Source: a virus (taxonomy: Duplodnaviria; Caudoviricetes). From it: 64,000 nucleotides of DNA. Where the stretch lies: positions 1 to 64,000 of IMG/VR virus record IMGVR_UViG_3300037692_000137; one strand, 5' to 3'. The notes under the pieces were generated by a model. The model did not search any database. It was not told where the DNA came from and saw only the letters and a list, made by a program, of their open reading frames with translations. This document shows, piece after piece, positions 63,909-64,000 of this stretch. Position numbers and translations under genes: made by a program. Position 1 is the first letter of the stretch. Each line of letters starts with the position of its first letter.

Positions 63909-63998
63909 TTAAATCTCCAACAAATATTGATTATTAATCCCGCCCTTTACAACACGCAACCTTCCATATGGATTAAGGTCTGACGGTGACCAGTTGGA
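63909..63998 (-). CDS. 3' end of a gene truncated by the window end
   Basis: Open frame SNWSPSDLNPYGRLRVVKGGINNQYLLEI, ending in TAA at 63909-63911. Confidence 0.5.
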   Translation of the reverse strand, partial: SNWSPSDLNPYGRLRVVKGGINNQYLLEI

Positions 63999-64000
63999 GA

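Noticed and set aside
1-64000. CRISPR array or long tandem repeat array
   Set aside because: By eye I found no regularly spaced direct repeats of 25-45 nt in any intergenic gap. The gaps are short and explained by promoters, hairpins or tRNAs.
1-64000. Stop-codon reassignment (alternative genetic code)
   Set aside because: Long conserved genes are intact under the standard code, TAG, TGA and TAA all end genes at expected positions, and there is no suppressor tRNA.

Overview
This is an AT-rich, gene-dense 64 kb fragment of a large (jumbo-type) dsDNA bacteriophage genome. It uses the standard genetic code, and I see no CRISPR array. Genes run on the + strand to about 9.5 kb and on the - strand from there to the end, meeting at a shared hairpin (9664-9693). 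Modules from left to right: (1) two candidate structured RNAs, an ATP-grasp ligase, a complete nicotinamide-to-NAD salvage operon (pncA, radical SAM, pncB, nadD, nadE) and an RNA ligase; (2) a late/virion module with a holin-like gene and methionine aminopeptidase; (3) a stand-alone PgpH-like HD domain, a HIT hydrolase, DNA methyltransferases and nucleases, a heme-c-containing hybrid histidine kinase, FN3 proteins, an intein-split P-loop kinase, a Clp-like AAA+ ATPase, a Rad52/Sak recombinase and an intein-split transglutaminase-like protein; (4) a dispersed cluster of 5 tRNAs with a GIY-YIG endonuclease, an unassigned structured RNA, a secreted pentaheme cytochrome c and an RlmN-like radical SAM enzyme lacking the resolving cysteine; (5) nucleotide metabolism and replication genes (UDG, dCMP deaminase, RNase HII, class II RNR, dUTPase, intein-split PolA, DnaX); (6) a sulfo-glycan cluster (KdsC-like HAD, sulfotransferase, SqdB, GT32) that runs off the window edge. 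The host is probably a cytochrome-c-rich anaerobe such as Desulfobacterota (inference). The most notable candidates are the four-step NAD reconstitution operon, the C118-less RlmN-like gene beside a U37 tRNA-Glu, and the phage-borne multiheme cytochrome and heme sensor. All family calls come from motif recognition by eye; no database searches were run.
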